Assembly (NCBI GenBank): GCA_035249605.1
Contig: DATFGI010000059.1
Span: 136-64,135, forward strand
Direction of reading: 5' to 3'
Origin: Acidimicrobiia bacterium
Lineage (GTDB): Bacteria; Actinomycetota; Acidimicrobiia; Spongiisociales; ZC4RG35
DNA: 64,000 nt
The notes below the pieces were generated by a model. The model saw only the letters and a program-made list of their open reading frames with translations. It ran no database searches and was not told where the DNA came from. This document shows, piece by piece, positions 36,429-45,888 of the stretch. Numbering within the stretch: the stretch's first letter is position 1; each line of letters starts with the position of its first letter. Made by a program: the position numbers and the translations under genes.

Positions 36429-37766
36429 CTAGTCGGCGACTCGGAACAACTCCCAGGTGCCGGGCACGCCCTTGAGCTGGTGAGCGCCCACGCTCACCAG
36501 CTCGAAATCAGAGCCTATGACCAGATCACGAATGGTTTGTGACACCAGGACCTGGTCGGGAGAGGCGGTCGCCGCCACCCTGGCCGCGATGTGAACCGCC
36601 AAACCGGCGATGTCATCGTCGTGGACCATCACCTCACCGCTGTGGAGCCCGATCCTGGTCTGGAGGCCGGCGCTGCGAGAGGCGTCAGCCAAGGCGAGAG
36701 CGAACCTGATGCCAGGGGTGGGAGTGTCGAAGGTGATGAGGAAGCCGTCGCCGGTGGTGTTCATCTCCCGCCCCCGATATCGGGTGAGGAGTCTCCGTGC
36801 TTCGGCGCGGTGGGTGTCCAACAGGCCGCGCCAGCGCCGGTCGCCAACAGACGCGGCCCGCTCGGTGGAGCCGACCACGTCGCTGAACAGGATGGTCAGA
36901 ACCCGGCTCTCGTGAAATGCCCCGACCCGGGTGCCGAGCAGGAACTCCTCGACCTCGTCCATGAGTGCATCCACATCGCCGAGATAGCCCGGTATCTCGT
37001 CACCCGGCACCTCGACGTAGCGAGCGTCAGGGAGGTGCTCGGCGAGCCACCGAGGAGCGTCCGCCGGGATCAGAGGGGCATCCTTTCGGTGCAGCACGAG
37101 CGTCGGCACGGTGACCCGGGGCAGCAGTCCCCTCACGTCGGTGCTCATCGTCCGCCGCAGCAGATCGGCGGCCATGCCCGGGGTGGCGGACATGCGCTCC
37201 AGTCTGCGAAACCAGCTCGTGATGCGCTCGTCACCCGCGACGGAAGGCGCCAGGATGGGGAGCATGATCGCCTGACCCCAATTGCCCAACTCCAGGGTCC
37301 GGGCCAATGCCTCCATGTTCTCGGGATCGGGCGCCCAGGGATGCTCCACATCGGGCGTTGCCGTCGCCAGCACCTCACCGAGCACGAGTGCCTTGACCCG
37401 CTCGGGATGCTCTGCCGCCACCATCAGGGCGATGATGGCCGCGTCCGTCCAGCCGACGAGGACCGCCTCCTCCATGCCCACCTCGTCCATGATGGCCAAG
37501 ACGTCGGGGACCATCTCCTCGATGCCGGCGATGGTGGGGGGACGATCGGAGAGACCGGTGCCCCGCTTGTCGAATAGGACCAACCGGCCCATCCCGGCGA
37601 GCCGCTCTATGAAGTGGCGCGCCTCGGGGAGTTCCCAGAGCACCTCGAGGTGAGAGACCCAGCCCACCATGATCAAGATGTCAGGGGGACCCTCACCGAG
37701 GACCTGGTAAGCGAGATCGGTGGAGCCCGACCGGGCGAACCTGACTTCGGGGATCTGATGAGCCAC
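36429..37766 (-). CDS. alpha/beta-hydrolase - class III adenylyl/guanylyl cyclase fusion protein
   Basis: An N-terminal alpha/beta hydrolase fold is followed by a class III nucleotidyl-cyclase domain (FSDVVGST...TTGDGFL...GLHSGEVM). The architecture resembles M. tuberculosis Rv1900c. The start is ambiguous: GTG 37766 avoids overlap with the divergent gene, while ATG 37871 or 37859 are alternatives. Confidence 0.65.
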   Translation of the reverse strand: MAHQIPEVRFARSGSTDLAYQVLGEGPPDILIMVGWVSHLEVLWELPEARHFIERLAGMGRLVLFDKRGTGLSDRPPTIAGIEEMVPDVLAIMDEVGMEEAVLVGWTDAAIIALMVAAEHPERVKALVLGEVLATATPDVEHPWAPDPENMEALARTLELGNWGQAIMLPILAPSVAGDERITSWFRRLERMSATPGMAADLLRRTMSTDVRGLLPRVTVPTLVLHRKDAPLIPADAPRWLAEHLPDARYVEVPGDEIPGYLGDVDALMDEVEEFLLGTRVGAFHESRVLTILFSDVVGSTERAASVGDRRWRGLLDTHRAEARRLLTRYRGREMNTTGDGFLITFDTPTPGIRFALALADASRSAGLQTRIGLHSGEVMVHDDDIAGLAVHIAARVAATASPDQVLVSQTIRDLVIGSDFELVSVGAHQLKGVPGTWELFRVAD

Positions 37767-37838
37767 CAGCCGAGTGTAGGAATCGGCCTCAGGTTGCCCC
37801 GGGCACGAGCCGACCCCCGAGCCCGATACCCTCGGCGG

Positions 37839-38486
37839 ATGATCCACGACGTCTCCCATCCCGTCGAGCATGGGATGACCACCTATCCCGGCCTGCCGGG
37901 GCCGGTGATCTCCGACTATCTGACCAGGGACGAATCCCGCACGAGGTATGCCGAGGGCACCGAGTTCCAAATCGGCCGGATCGACATGGTGGGCAACACC
38001 GGCACCTACCTGGACACCCCGTTTCATCGCTTCGCCGACGGCTTCGACCTGGCCGATCTCCCTCTCGACCGCGTGGCGGGTGTCCCCGGTGTCTGTCTGC
38101 CCGCCGCGGGCGAGAGGGTGACGGCCGCCGACATCTCCGACCGGGACGTGACGGGACATGCCGTTCTCTTCTCCACTGGTTGGGACCGCCATTGGGGAAC
38201 GGATCGCTATGGGGCGGAGGACCATCCGGCACTAACCGCCGAGGCGGCCGAAGCGCTGGTACAGGGGGGTGCCGCCCTGGTGGGGATCGATTCGGTCAAC
38301 ATCGACGACACCAGGGGCGGCACGAGGCCGGTGCACACGACCCTCCTCCAAGCCGGCATCCCGGTTGTTGAGCACTTGACCGGTCTCGACGCCCTCGTCG
38401 GCCTGTCGTTTCGCTTCTACGCCGTCCCCGCACCGGTGCGCGGGTTGGGAACCTTCCCGGTGCGGGCATTCGCCGTCCTCGACTGA
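37839..38486 (+). CDS. cyclase-family protein (KynB-like), second copy
   Basis: NTGTYLDTPFHRF is a variant of the HxGTHxDxPxH motif, and LFSTGWDRHWGT matches the TGW block of the first copy. The track ORF over-extends to 37614. Confidence 0.6.
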   Translation: MIHDVSHPVEHGMTTYPGLPGPVISDYLTRDESRTRYAEGTEFQIGRIDMVGNTGTYLDTPFHRFADGFDLADLPLDRVAGVPGVCLPAAGERVTAADISDRDVTGHAVLFSTGWDRHWGTDRYGAEDHPALTAEAAEALVQGGAALVGIDSVNIDDTRGGTRPVHTTLLQAGIPVVEHLTGLDALVGLSFRFYAVPAPVRGLGTFPVRAFAVLD

Positions 38487-38508
38487 GACCAAAGGACCGG
38501 GACCGAGC

Positions 38509-39756
38509 TCACGCTGCTTCTGCCGGCGCGGCGGCGCGGCGGCGGTCGTACCCGAGCAACCAGTGATGAGCCCACACCGCGGCGGCGAGCGCGGCCACCG
38601 CCCCCACCGCGAGGGCGTAGCGGGGCCCGAGATGCTCACCGATCCAGCCCACGATCGGCGCGCCGAGTGGTCGTGCGCCGAGGATGGCCGCACTGCGAAG
38701 TGCGATCACCCGGCCCCTCATCTCCGGCACCGAGTTGAGCTGCATGACCGCGTTGCCCAGCGTGAAGAAAGAGGTGGCCACCATCCCCACCAAGAACAAT
38801 GAGAGGTAGGCCACCCAGAGGCTGGGGGCGATGGTGGTGAGCGTCATTACTGCAGCAAGGGCGTAAGCGAGCCGGATCATGGATCGTCCCGGCCGGTCGC
38901 CTCGGGTGGCGGTGTAGAGACCGCCGAGCACCGCCCCCGCGCCCATGACCGCGAACATGATCCCAAAGGTGTCGGCCCCGCCATCGAAGGTGAACCGGGC
39001 GAGGAGGGGGAGCACCACCTCGAACTCGTAGGTGAGAAGCCCGATCACACCCATCATGGCCAGGGGAACGAACAGCACGGGCTTCGAGCGCACGTAGGCG
39101 AGCGCATCGCGCAACTGGCGACGACGTCGCGGCTCCGGTCGGGAGCGTTCGATCTCCGCACTCCTCATCAACAGCAGGGCTGCGATGAAGAAGAAGTAGG
39201 ACACCGAGTTGATCAGGAAGCAGATGCCGATCCCCACCGTGACGATGAGCACGCCCCCGATGGCGGGGCCGATGACCCTGGCGGTGTGCACCAGCACCGA
39301 GTTGAGGCCGACCGCGTTGGTGAGACGGGATCGTCCCACCATCTCCATGACGAAGGCGTGCCGCGCCGGGTTGTCGAAGCTGCCCACCATCCCGTGGACC
39401 AGGGCGAGCGCGAACACCATCCACAATTCCACGGTGTCGGTGATCACCAGCCATCCCAGGATGGCCGCGGTCGCCGCGGCCAGGGTCTGGGTGAGGTAGA
39501 GCACCCGCCGCTTGTCGAGCCGGTCGGCGATGAGCCCGCCGAACGGGGCCATCAAGAGGATCGGCAGGAACTGGGCGGCGGTCACCGCTCCCACCGCCGA
39601 ACCACTGCCGGTGAGCTCGAGCACCAGCCAGGACTGGGCGACACGTTGCATCCAGCTTCCCGAGACCGAGATCACCTGGCCGATGAAGTAGATCCGAAAG
39701 TTGCGCACGGCGAACGCCGAGAACGTGCGGCGGAGCAGAGCCGAAGGAGAGGTCAT
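38509..39756 (-). CDS. MFS transporter (EntS/MFS_3-like)
   Basis: 12 predicted TM helices. The FRIYFIGQVISVSGSWMQRVAQSW N-terminus is typical of this MFS subfamily. Confidence 0.8.
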   Translation of the reverse strand: MTSPSALLRRTFSAFAVRNFRIYFIGQVISVSGSWMQRVAQSWLVLELTGSGSAVGAVTAAQFLPILLMAPFGGLIADRLDKRRVLYLTQTLAAATAAILGWLVITDTVELWMVFALALVHGMVGSFDNPARHAFVMEMVGRSRLTNAVGLNSVLVHTARVIGPAIGGVLIVTVGIGICFLINSVSYFFFIAALLLMRSAEIERSRPEPRRRRQLRDALAYVRSKPVLFVPLAMMGVIGLLTYEFEVVLPLLARFTFDGGADTFGIMFAVMGAGAVLGGLYTATRGDRPGRSMIRLAYALAAVMTLTTIAPSLWVAYLSLFLVGMVATSFFTLGNAVMQLNSVPEMRGRVIALRSAAILGARPLGAPIVGWIGEHLGPRYALAVGAVAALAAAVWAHHWLLGYDRRRAAAPAEAA

Positions 39757-40184
39757 TCCTCCTCCCCGAGCCGGTCGAGGATGACGACAGCGGCGGCCAG
39801 CGTCTGTCTCTCCCCGGGGCTGAGGCGCTGGAGACGGTCGGCGACGATCGCGGTTCTCTCCTCCCGCCCCTTCTCCAGCACATCCCGGCCCAGCTCGGTC
39901 AACCCGACGAGAAAGCTGCGCCCGTCCTCCGGGTTGGGGGATCGGTTCACCATGCCCTTGTCGACGAGGCGGGCGACGACGCCAGAGATCGAAGCCGGCG
40001 CTACCCCCTCGATCTCCGCAAGGAGCCCCAAGCTGGTCGTGCCGTGACGGGAGAGGGAAGCCAAAACGGAGTGCTGGGAGGGGGTGAGCTGACCGAGGGT
40101 TCCCTGCCGGAGTCGCCGGGCGAAACGACCCACGGCGAGGCGGAGTGCTTGAGCGAGCTCGACGGGCTCTGCACTAGTTAGCAT
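39753..40184 (-). CDS. MarR-family transcriptional regulator
   Basis: Winged-helix motifs LTPSQHSVLASL...DGRSFLVGLTELG. ATGA overlap with the MFS gene. Confidence 0.8.
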   Translation of the reverse strand: MLTSAEPVELAQALRLAVGRFARRLRQGTLGQLTPSQHSVLASLSRHGTTSLGLLAEIEGVAPASISGVVARLVDKGMVNRSPNPEDGRSFLVGLTELGRDVLEKGREERTAIVADRLQRLSPGERQTLAAAVVILDRLGEEE

Positions 40185-40190
40185 AGCTAA
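40178..40190. promoter_or_regulatory. palindrome TTAGCataGCTAA overlapping the MarR start codon
   Basis: Perfect 5+3+5 palindrome in an AT-rich patch. It is a candidate autoregulatory operator. Confidence 0.3.
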
Positions 40191-40296
40191 GTAACGCTAC
40201 CGCCAAGCTCCGGCTTTGAGGAAATCTCCGCCGGTAGCGACAAGCCCACCGAGCGATGTGAATCGTATGCGGGTCTACTGTCGTGTTAGCGGGCAC

Positions 40297-41673
40297 TCAC
40301 CCCGCGGGCGGGATGTTCTGGTTGCCGCGGAACAAGTTGTCCGGGTCGTACTTCGCCTTGATCTCGCGGAGACGATCCCAGGTGGCACCGGGGTAGGCCG
40401 CCCGAACCCGCTGTGGTCCCTCCTTGCCGAGGAAGCCGACGTACCCGGCTGTGTCGCCGTCGGTCAGCTCCTCGAATAGCCCTCTCACCCATGCCTCACG
40501 CCGTGGGCGCTCTTCGTCCTTCTCGTAGAAGGAGGCGACGTTGACCATCATTGCCCGGTCCCGGTGGGCATAGGCGGTGGCATCGTTCGCGATCCGGCTC
40601 ACCGCCCCGCCCAGGACACGCAGCTGCACCGCGGCCATCGAGGCATCCGAGGTGTCGATGGCGGCGATGATCCGCCCGATATCGCGCTCATTCACGCCGT
40701 CCGCGAATCCGGTGAGTGTGGTGACCAGCGGCTGGAAGTCCTCTTCCTCGTCCATGTAGATCTGTGAGTAGGGCATCTGGTCGAGCATGTCGAGCAGCGG
40801 TTCCTCCAGGGCTCGGAATCGGTGCATCCATTGCTGTCCCTCCTCGATGTCGCCTGCCCAGGCGATCAGACCCATCAGCACCGTCTTGCCCCACAGCTCC
40901 TCGGGAAGGAAGGGCATGGGTGGCGCCGACATCACGTTGGCCATGGTGGTGAGCTCGTCGGGGGCCTGCTCGGAGAGAGCCAGGAAGCCGGCGACGACAT
41001 CCACGGTGGCGGGGAGCACCAAGAACCCGCCGACGAATTCATCCACGGGGTGGAGGGTGAAGCGGAACCGGGTGACGACCCCGAAGTTGCCACCACCACC
41101 CCGGACCGCCCAGAACAGGTCGGGATGGCTGTCGGCGTCGGCGACCAGCACCTCGCCGTCGGCGGTGACCATCTCGACGGCGAGAAGCGAGTCGATGGTC
41201 AGCCCGTACTTGCGGGCGAGGAACCCGACCCCTCCCCCCAGCGTGATCCCCCCGACTCCGACCGAGCCCGAGTCGCCGAAGCCGAGCGCCAGTTCGTGCT
41301 CGCCGGCAGCGTTGGTCAGCTCGGCGGCGGTCAGGCCGGACCCGGCCCAGGCGGTCCGGGTCTCCAGGTCGATCTCGATGCCCTTCAAGGCGCGCACGTC
41401 GATGACGATCCCGTCGTCGATGCCGCTGGCGCCGGACAAGCTGTGCCCACCGCTGCGGACCGTGAACGGGATGTCGTTGCTCCGGGCGTAGCCCAGCACC
41501 GCGACTACATCGTTGGCGTCGACGACCTGCACCAGGGCAGCGGGGCGACTATCCAATCCTCCGTAGAACATGCGACGGAGCCCGTCGTAGCGGTCGTCCC
41601 CGGGGGTGACCACCTCACCGACGACCAAGTCGTCGAGTATGCCTGCGTCCAATCCGGTATGTGGAGCTGTCAT
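40297..41673 (-). CDS. FAD-linked oxidase (BBE / vanillyl-alcohol oxidase family)
   Basis: FAD_binding_4 motifs (FTVRSGGHSLSGAS) and a C-terminal BBE-like block (YPGATWDRLREIKAKYDPDNLFRGNQNI). The ATG at 41673 is preceded by GGAGG. The track start at 41796 is an over-extension. Confidence 0.8.
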   Translation of the reverse strand: MTAPHTGLDAGILDDLVVGEVVTPGDDRYDGLRRMFYGGLDSRPAALVQVVDANDVVAVLGYARSNDIPFTVRSGGHSLSGASGIDDGIVIDVRALKGIEIDLETRTAWAGSGLTAAELTNAAGEHELALGFGDSGSVGVGGITLGGGVGFLARKYGLTIDSLLAVEMVTADGEVLVADADSHPDLFWAVRGGGGNFGVVTRFRFTLHPVDEFVGGFLVLPATVDVVAGFLALSEQAPDELTTMANVMSAPPMPFLPEELWGKTVLMGLIAWAGDIEEGQQWMHRFRALEEPLLDMLDQMPYSQIYMDEEEDFQPLVTTLTGFADGVNERDIGRIIAAIDTSDASMAAVQLRVLGGAVSRIANDATAYAHRDRAMMVNVASFYEKDEERPRREAWVRGLFEELTDGDTAGYVGFLGKEGPQRVRAAYPGATWDRLREIKAKYDPDNLFRGNQNIPPAG

Positions 41674-41746
41674 CTCGTGACCTCCGTGTATGGGGGTTTC
41701 AGCATTTATACGAACCGGCGCCCCCCGATCCGACATTCCCTGCGCC

Positions 41747-43120
41747 TCAGTCGTCGTCGCCGCCTCCCCGTCCCTGGTCGTCGTCGAGTTGCACACCCAA
41801 CAGATCGGCCAACTCGGCCAGGGCTTGCTCGGCGCGCCGTCGCTCTTGGCGAAGCTCCTTCTTCCCCAGCTTCGCGGCCACCTCCCGGAGCAGGTCGCCG
41901 GCGTGGCTCTCGTCGCCGGCCCTGGCGGCGAGGATCGCCTCGTCGACGGTCTCCATCAGTTTCTCGACCTCGGCCAGGCTGAAGTCGTCGCGAGGCGGTT
42001 CCGCCAGGATCTCCTGCAGACGGTCCCGCACCTCGAGCACCCGGTCGGCCATGGTGGTGGATGGTGGGACCGTGGTCGTGGTGGAAGCGGCGGTTGTGGT
42101 CGTGCTCGGGGCCGGTGCGGCCGTGGTCGATTCGCTGCCGGGCGGCAGGCCGGCGCCTGCGACAGGGGTGTCATCCCCGGCCGGGCCCTGGGTGGCGAGG
42201 AGGAAGACCAGGGCACCGACCAGCAGACCCGCAAGCAGCCACCGCCATCCCTCCTCGGTCGATGCAGCGGGGGCAACCGATGGAGCCACGATGTCTGCGA
42301 CTACAGGGGTGTCCATCACCAGGGTCGCCCCCGCCGCCACCGGGGCGGAAATCGTGCTGGTGGTCGGGGCCGCTCCCCATAAACCGGCGGCGAGCTCTGC
42401 GGCGGAAGGCCGCTCCGAGGGATCAGGGGACAGGGCTGCGCCCAGCGCCCGGTCCAGACTCTCATCGGCGAGATGAGGTGGGGCTGTTGGGCGCTCGAAA
42501 CCGGTGAACAGATGCTCTCCGGTGGCGAGCTCGGCGACCACCACGGCCAGTGCATATACGTCCGAGGCAGGTGTCGGCGATCCCCCCGCCAGCACCTCCG
42601 GGGCGGCATATGACGGGGTGACGACGATCTTGCCCGGATCGGTGATCTGGGTGCCGGTAGCCGGGACGAAGGCGATGCCGAAGTCCGTGAGCAACGGCCC
42701 TCGCTCGGACATGATCACGTTGGCCGGCTTGACATCGCGATGGATGATCCCCGCGGCGTGGATGGCGGCCAGGGCGCCGGCGAGCAGGGCACCGGTCTCC
42801 GCGGCGGGTGCCCCACCAGCCTCACGGGCGACGTGTTCAAGTGTCGGTCCCTCGGCAAGCTCCATCACCAGCCACGGGCCCGCATCGTCCTGCCCGTAGT
42901 CATAGACGGTCACGACGTTGGGATGATTCAGTGACGCCGCCGCCCGCGCCTCGCGGTCCATCCGGCGATGGGTCGCCTCATCGGAGTTCGGGGTGGGATG
43001 GGGTCTCTTCAACGCAACCATCCGATCGAGGCGTGTGTCCCGGGCGCGCCACACGGTCGCCATGCCACCCGAGGCGATGACCTCGATCAGCTCGTATCGG
43101 CCGTCGATGAGCTCAGTCAC
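41747..43120 (-). CDS. Ser/Thr protein kinase with TM segment and C-terminal Thr-rich/helical region
   Basis: Kinase subdomains GGMATVWRARD, HRDVKPANV, DFGIA and SYAAPE. A TM helix WRWLLAGLLVGALVFLLA follows. Confidence 0.8.
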   Translation of the reverse strand: MTELIDGRYELIEVIASGGMATVWRARDTRLDRMVALKRPHPTPNSDEATHRRMDREARAAASLNHPNVVTVYDYGQDDAGPWLVMELAEGPTLEHVAREAGGAPAAETGALLAGALAAIHAAGIIHRDVKPANVIMSERGPLLTDFGIAFVPATGTQITDPGKIVVTPSYAAPEVLAGGSPTPASDVYALAVVVAELATGEHLFTGFERPTAPPHLADESLDRALGAALSPDPSERPSAAELAAGLWGAAPTTSTISAPVAAGATLVMDTPVVADIVAPSVAPAASTEEGWRWLLAGLLVGALVFLLATQGPAGDDTPVAGAGLPPGSESTTAAPAPSTTTTAASTTTTVPPSTTMADRVLEVRDRLQEILAEPPRDDFSLAEVEKLMETVDEAILAARAGDESHAGDLLREVAAKLGKKELRQERRRAEQALAELADLLGVQLDDDQGRGGGDDD

Positions 43121-43144
43121 CGGCGCGGGTCATACCCCGATGCC

Positions 43145-43198
43145 TGTGGGGACAACCCCACACAAGGACAGATCCCCGCTCGGGCGGTCGCGGGGATC
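43145..43198 (-). terminator. two GC-rich hairpins downstream of the secreted-protein gene
   Basis: GATCCCCGC tcgggcggtc GCGGGGATC (43171-43198) and TGTGGGGacaaCCCCACA (43145-43162). Confidence 0.4.
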
Positions 43199-43224
43199 TG
43201 TCGCAGTGGGAGTGGGGTGAAGAC

Positions 43225-43965
43225 CTAGTCGTTGCCTCCTCCGGGACCACCCGGCTGTCCGGCCCAGGGCGGTTTGCCCGCCCCTGCATGGTCGGGCTTT
43301 CCGTTGCCCGCCCAGGGTGGCTTGCCGTTGCCCTCCTCGTCGCCCTGCTCATCACTTTGGAGACAGTCGGCGAGGATGGTGTCGAAGGTGATGATGCCGG
43401 TGTCGCCCTCGGCGACGGGCTCGGCATCAGGGCTCACCTCGGACACCCGGACTTGCTGATCGCCCTTGCCCAGATCGGACTGGGCGATGTGGCGGAGGAC
43501 ACAGCCGCGGCCAGGACCTTCGTAGAACCCGTTGAAGAGCTTGAGGAACATGCCGTGATTGATCTGACCTTGGGGGCCGGCGACGGAACCACCGCTGAGA
43601 CCGCACTCACCTTCGGCACCCGTGTACTCAGCCGGTCCTGTGGCCTCGGTGAGACCTTCGGCCAGCTGATCTTGTGGACGGGGATCGAAAGCGACGCTGT
43701 CGGACCCATCGGTGAGACCCTCGACGTACACCAGACCATCGCCAGAGACGCTGTAGGTGGTCCCGAGCTCCCCCTTGACCTCGAGAGAACAGTCGTACAG
43801 ACCGTCACTGGGGCTCGTGTTCCAAACGAAGACACCGTTTTCGGTGTCATAGCCGAAGTTGAAGACCGTGTCTTCGTCTTCGGTTTCCTCCTCTGCGGCC
43901 ATCGCCAGGCCCGACATGGTCATCAGACCCAATACCGCGAGGAGAATCGTCAACTTGTTCTTCAC
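43225..43965 (-). CDS. secreted acidic Gly/Glu-rich protein with C-terminal GKPPWAG repeats
   Basis: Signal peptide MKNKLTILLAVLGLMTMSGLAMA in an AT-rich region. The C-terminus reads GNGKPPWAGNGKPDHAGAGKPPWAGQPGG. The DNA-level direct repeat is GCCCAGGGyGGyTTGCC, found twice. Confidence 0.6.
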   Translation of the reverse strand: MKNKLTILLAVLGLMTMSGLAMAAEEETEDEDTVFNFGYDTENGVFVWNTSPSDGLYDCSLEVKGELGTTYSVSGDGLVYVEGLTDGSDSVAFDPRPQDQLAEGLTEATGPAEYTGAEGECGLSGGSVAGPQGQINHGMFLKLFNGFYEGPGRGCVLRHIAQSDLGKGDQQVRVSEVSPDAEPVAEGDTGIITFDTILADCLQSDEQGDEEGNGKPPWAGNGKPDHAGAGKPPWAGQPGGPGGGND

Positions 43966-44107
43966 TACCTACTCCTGTGTTGCTCAGGCTTCCCAGCCTC
44001 TTGAGCCACTCACACCGGTAAACGCTCGTAGCGCGCCGCGGGATACGGCCGACGTCCCGAGCGGGGAGCGCGGCGGTGGGATTGCCCGCCCCGCTACCGT
44101 CCTCGCA

Positions 44108-44554
44108 GTGGCAGACCTCCCCGGCCCGCGGATCGCGGTCACCGTCGACGTGGCACTGTTCACCACCCGGCACGATCTGGTCCACGTGGCCCTGATCGAG
44201 AGGAGGAACGACCCGTTCCGGGGCATGCTCGCCCTGCCCGGCGGATTCGTGGACCAGGAGGAGGACCTGACCGCGGCCGCGGTCCGCGAGCTCGGCGAAG
44301 AGACCGGCTTGAAAGTCGGTGTCGAGTCGCTGGTCCAGCTCGGGGCCTACGGCACGCCGGGTCGGGATCCCCGGGGCCGCACGGTCTCGGTGGTCTACCG
44401 GGCGTTGATCCCCGACCTCCCTGATCCCGTGGGAGGGAGCGACGCCGCCGACTGCCGCCTGGTCCCTGTGGACGAGGCGTTGGCCGCCGCCCTCGCCTTC
44501 GACCACTCCCAAATCCTCGCCGACGCGGTGGCGCTGTCGGAGACCGGCCGCTGA
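44108..44554 (+). CDS. NUDIX hydrolase
   Basis: Nudix box GGFVDQEEDLTAAAVRELGEETGL. The GTG at 44108 is assumed; the upstream part of the track ORF is antisense to the secreted-protein gene. Confidence 0.65.
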   Translation: MADLPGPRIAVTVDVALFTTRHDLVHVALIERRNDPFRGMLALPGGFVDQEEDLTAAAVRELGEETGLKVGVESLVQLGAYGTPGRDPRGRTVSVVYRALIPDLPDPVGGSDAADCRLVPVDEALAAALAFDHSQILADAVALSETGR

Positions 44555-44593
44555 AACCACGTTCCTCTAGGTACTGGAACCCAATAATGGGCT

Positions 44594-45772
44594 CTACGAC
44601 GTCTCGAGGAGCCCCCCGAAGAAATCCCACATTGCACGGGCCACTAGGTCCGGCGTCTGCATGACGGTGAAGTGCCCGCCCCGGGGCAGTTCGGTCCACA
44701 TGCGGATGTCGGTGTAGGTGCGCTCGGCGTACTCCCGGGGAAAGCCCCGCTCCCCCCGCTGCACCGCTACCCCAACCGGCACATCGACCATGGGGAGGGT
44801 CTTGTCGTAATGCCTCCCGTGGTAGTACGGCAGGAAGGAGGTGCCGATCGTCTGGGTGAACCAGTACAGGCTGACCGTGGTCAGTATTTCGTCACGGCCC
44901 CACACCTGCTCGAACCCCGGGCCGCTCCATTCCCGGAACTTCTCCACCAGCCATGCGAGCAGACCCGCCGGCGAATCACCGAGGGCGACGGCAAGCGTGT
45001 CGGGACGTGTCGCCTGGATCGACGAGTACCCCGAGGCGTCCTTCCACTTTTCGGACAACCACTCCCGAAACCGCTCCTCATCCTCGCTGAGATGAGCCCT
45101 GCGCTCCTCGGGCGGGAAGGCCGCATGGGTGGCGAACAAGCCGATCACTGATTCGGGATACAAGGCCGCGGTCCAGTCGCTCACCGTGGTGCCCACGTCC
45201 TCGCCGTATGTGGCGTAGCGCTCGTAGCCGAGAGCCTCGGTCATCAGCAGGTGCCAGAGTCGGGCCACCACATCACCTGTGAAGTATTCCGCGGTGAGGG
45301 GATCTGAATACGCATATCCGGGGAGGGAGGGGACCACCGCGTCGAAGGCGACTCTCGAATCACCCGCGCAGGAGATCGGGTCGGTGAGCCAGGTCACGAT
45401 GGGGAGGAGCTCCACGAAGGAGTAGGGCCATCCGTGGCTCAGGATGATGGGGATCGGGTCCGGGTATCGCTCCCGATCGGCGACGACGTGGACGAAGTGG
45501 ACCCGGTTACCGGCGATGTCGGCGACGAACTGCGGAAAGGAGTTGAGTCGATCCTCCTGTGCCCGCCAGTCGAAACCGTCCGCCCAGTAGTCGAGCATCT
45601 CCGCCAGATACCGGTAGTCGACACCCGACTCCCACGCATCCCCCGCTGGCGGCATCCCGAGTCGGCTGGCGCGTGCTCGCCTGCGCAGCTCGTCGACCTC
45701 TTCGTCATCGACTCCGATGCGGAAGGGCTCGACCACGTTGACATCTTCGCCGACACCATCGCCCCCGTCCAT
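44594..45772 (-). CDS. epoxide hydrolase (EH N-terminal domain + alpha/beta hydrolase)
   Basis: EHN-domain N-terminus (EPFRIGVDDEEVDELRRRA) and HGWP with the catalytic fold. The ATG at 45772 has GGGAAGAGGG upstream. Confidence 0.75.
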   Translation of the reverse strand: MDGGDGVGEDVNVVEPFRIGVDDEEVDELRRRARASRLGMPPAGDAWESGVDYRYLAEMLDYWADGFDWRAQEDRLNSFPQFVADIAGNRVHFVHVVADRERYPDPIPIILSHGWPYSFVELLPIVTWLTDPISCAGDSRVAFDAVVPSLPGYAYSDPLTAEYFTGDVVARLWHLLMTEALGYERYATYGEDVGTTVSDWTAALYPESVIGLFATHAAFPPEERRAHLSEDEERFREWLSEKWKDASGYSSIQATRPDTLAVALGDSPAGLLAWLVEKFREWSGPGFEQVWGRDEILTTVSLYWFTQTIGTSFLPYYHGRHYDKTLPMVDVPVGVAVQRGERGFPREYAERTYTDIRMWTELPRGGHFTVMQTPDLVARAMWDFFGGLLETS

Positions 45773-45888
45773 CGGGTTGGCCCTCTTCCCAGATGTCCCG
45801 GAGGCCCACCATTGGGCTCCCCCCACTCCAGGAAAGCGGTCAGGACCTCCCCCGGTCTGGTGTCCCCGGGCGGTTGTAACGTCGGCGG

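Noticed and set aside
37767-38225. N-terminal about 150 codons of the track ORF 36429-38225(-).
   Set aside because: They are antisense to the plus-strand cyclase-family gene, which has clear motifs. The alpha/beta-hydrolase homology only begins near 37766.
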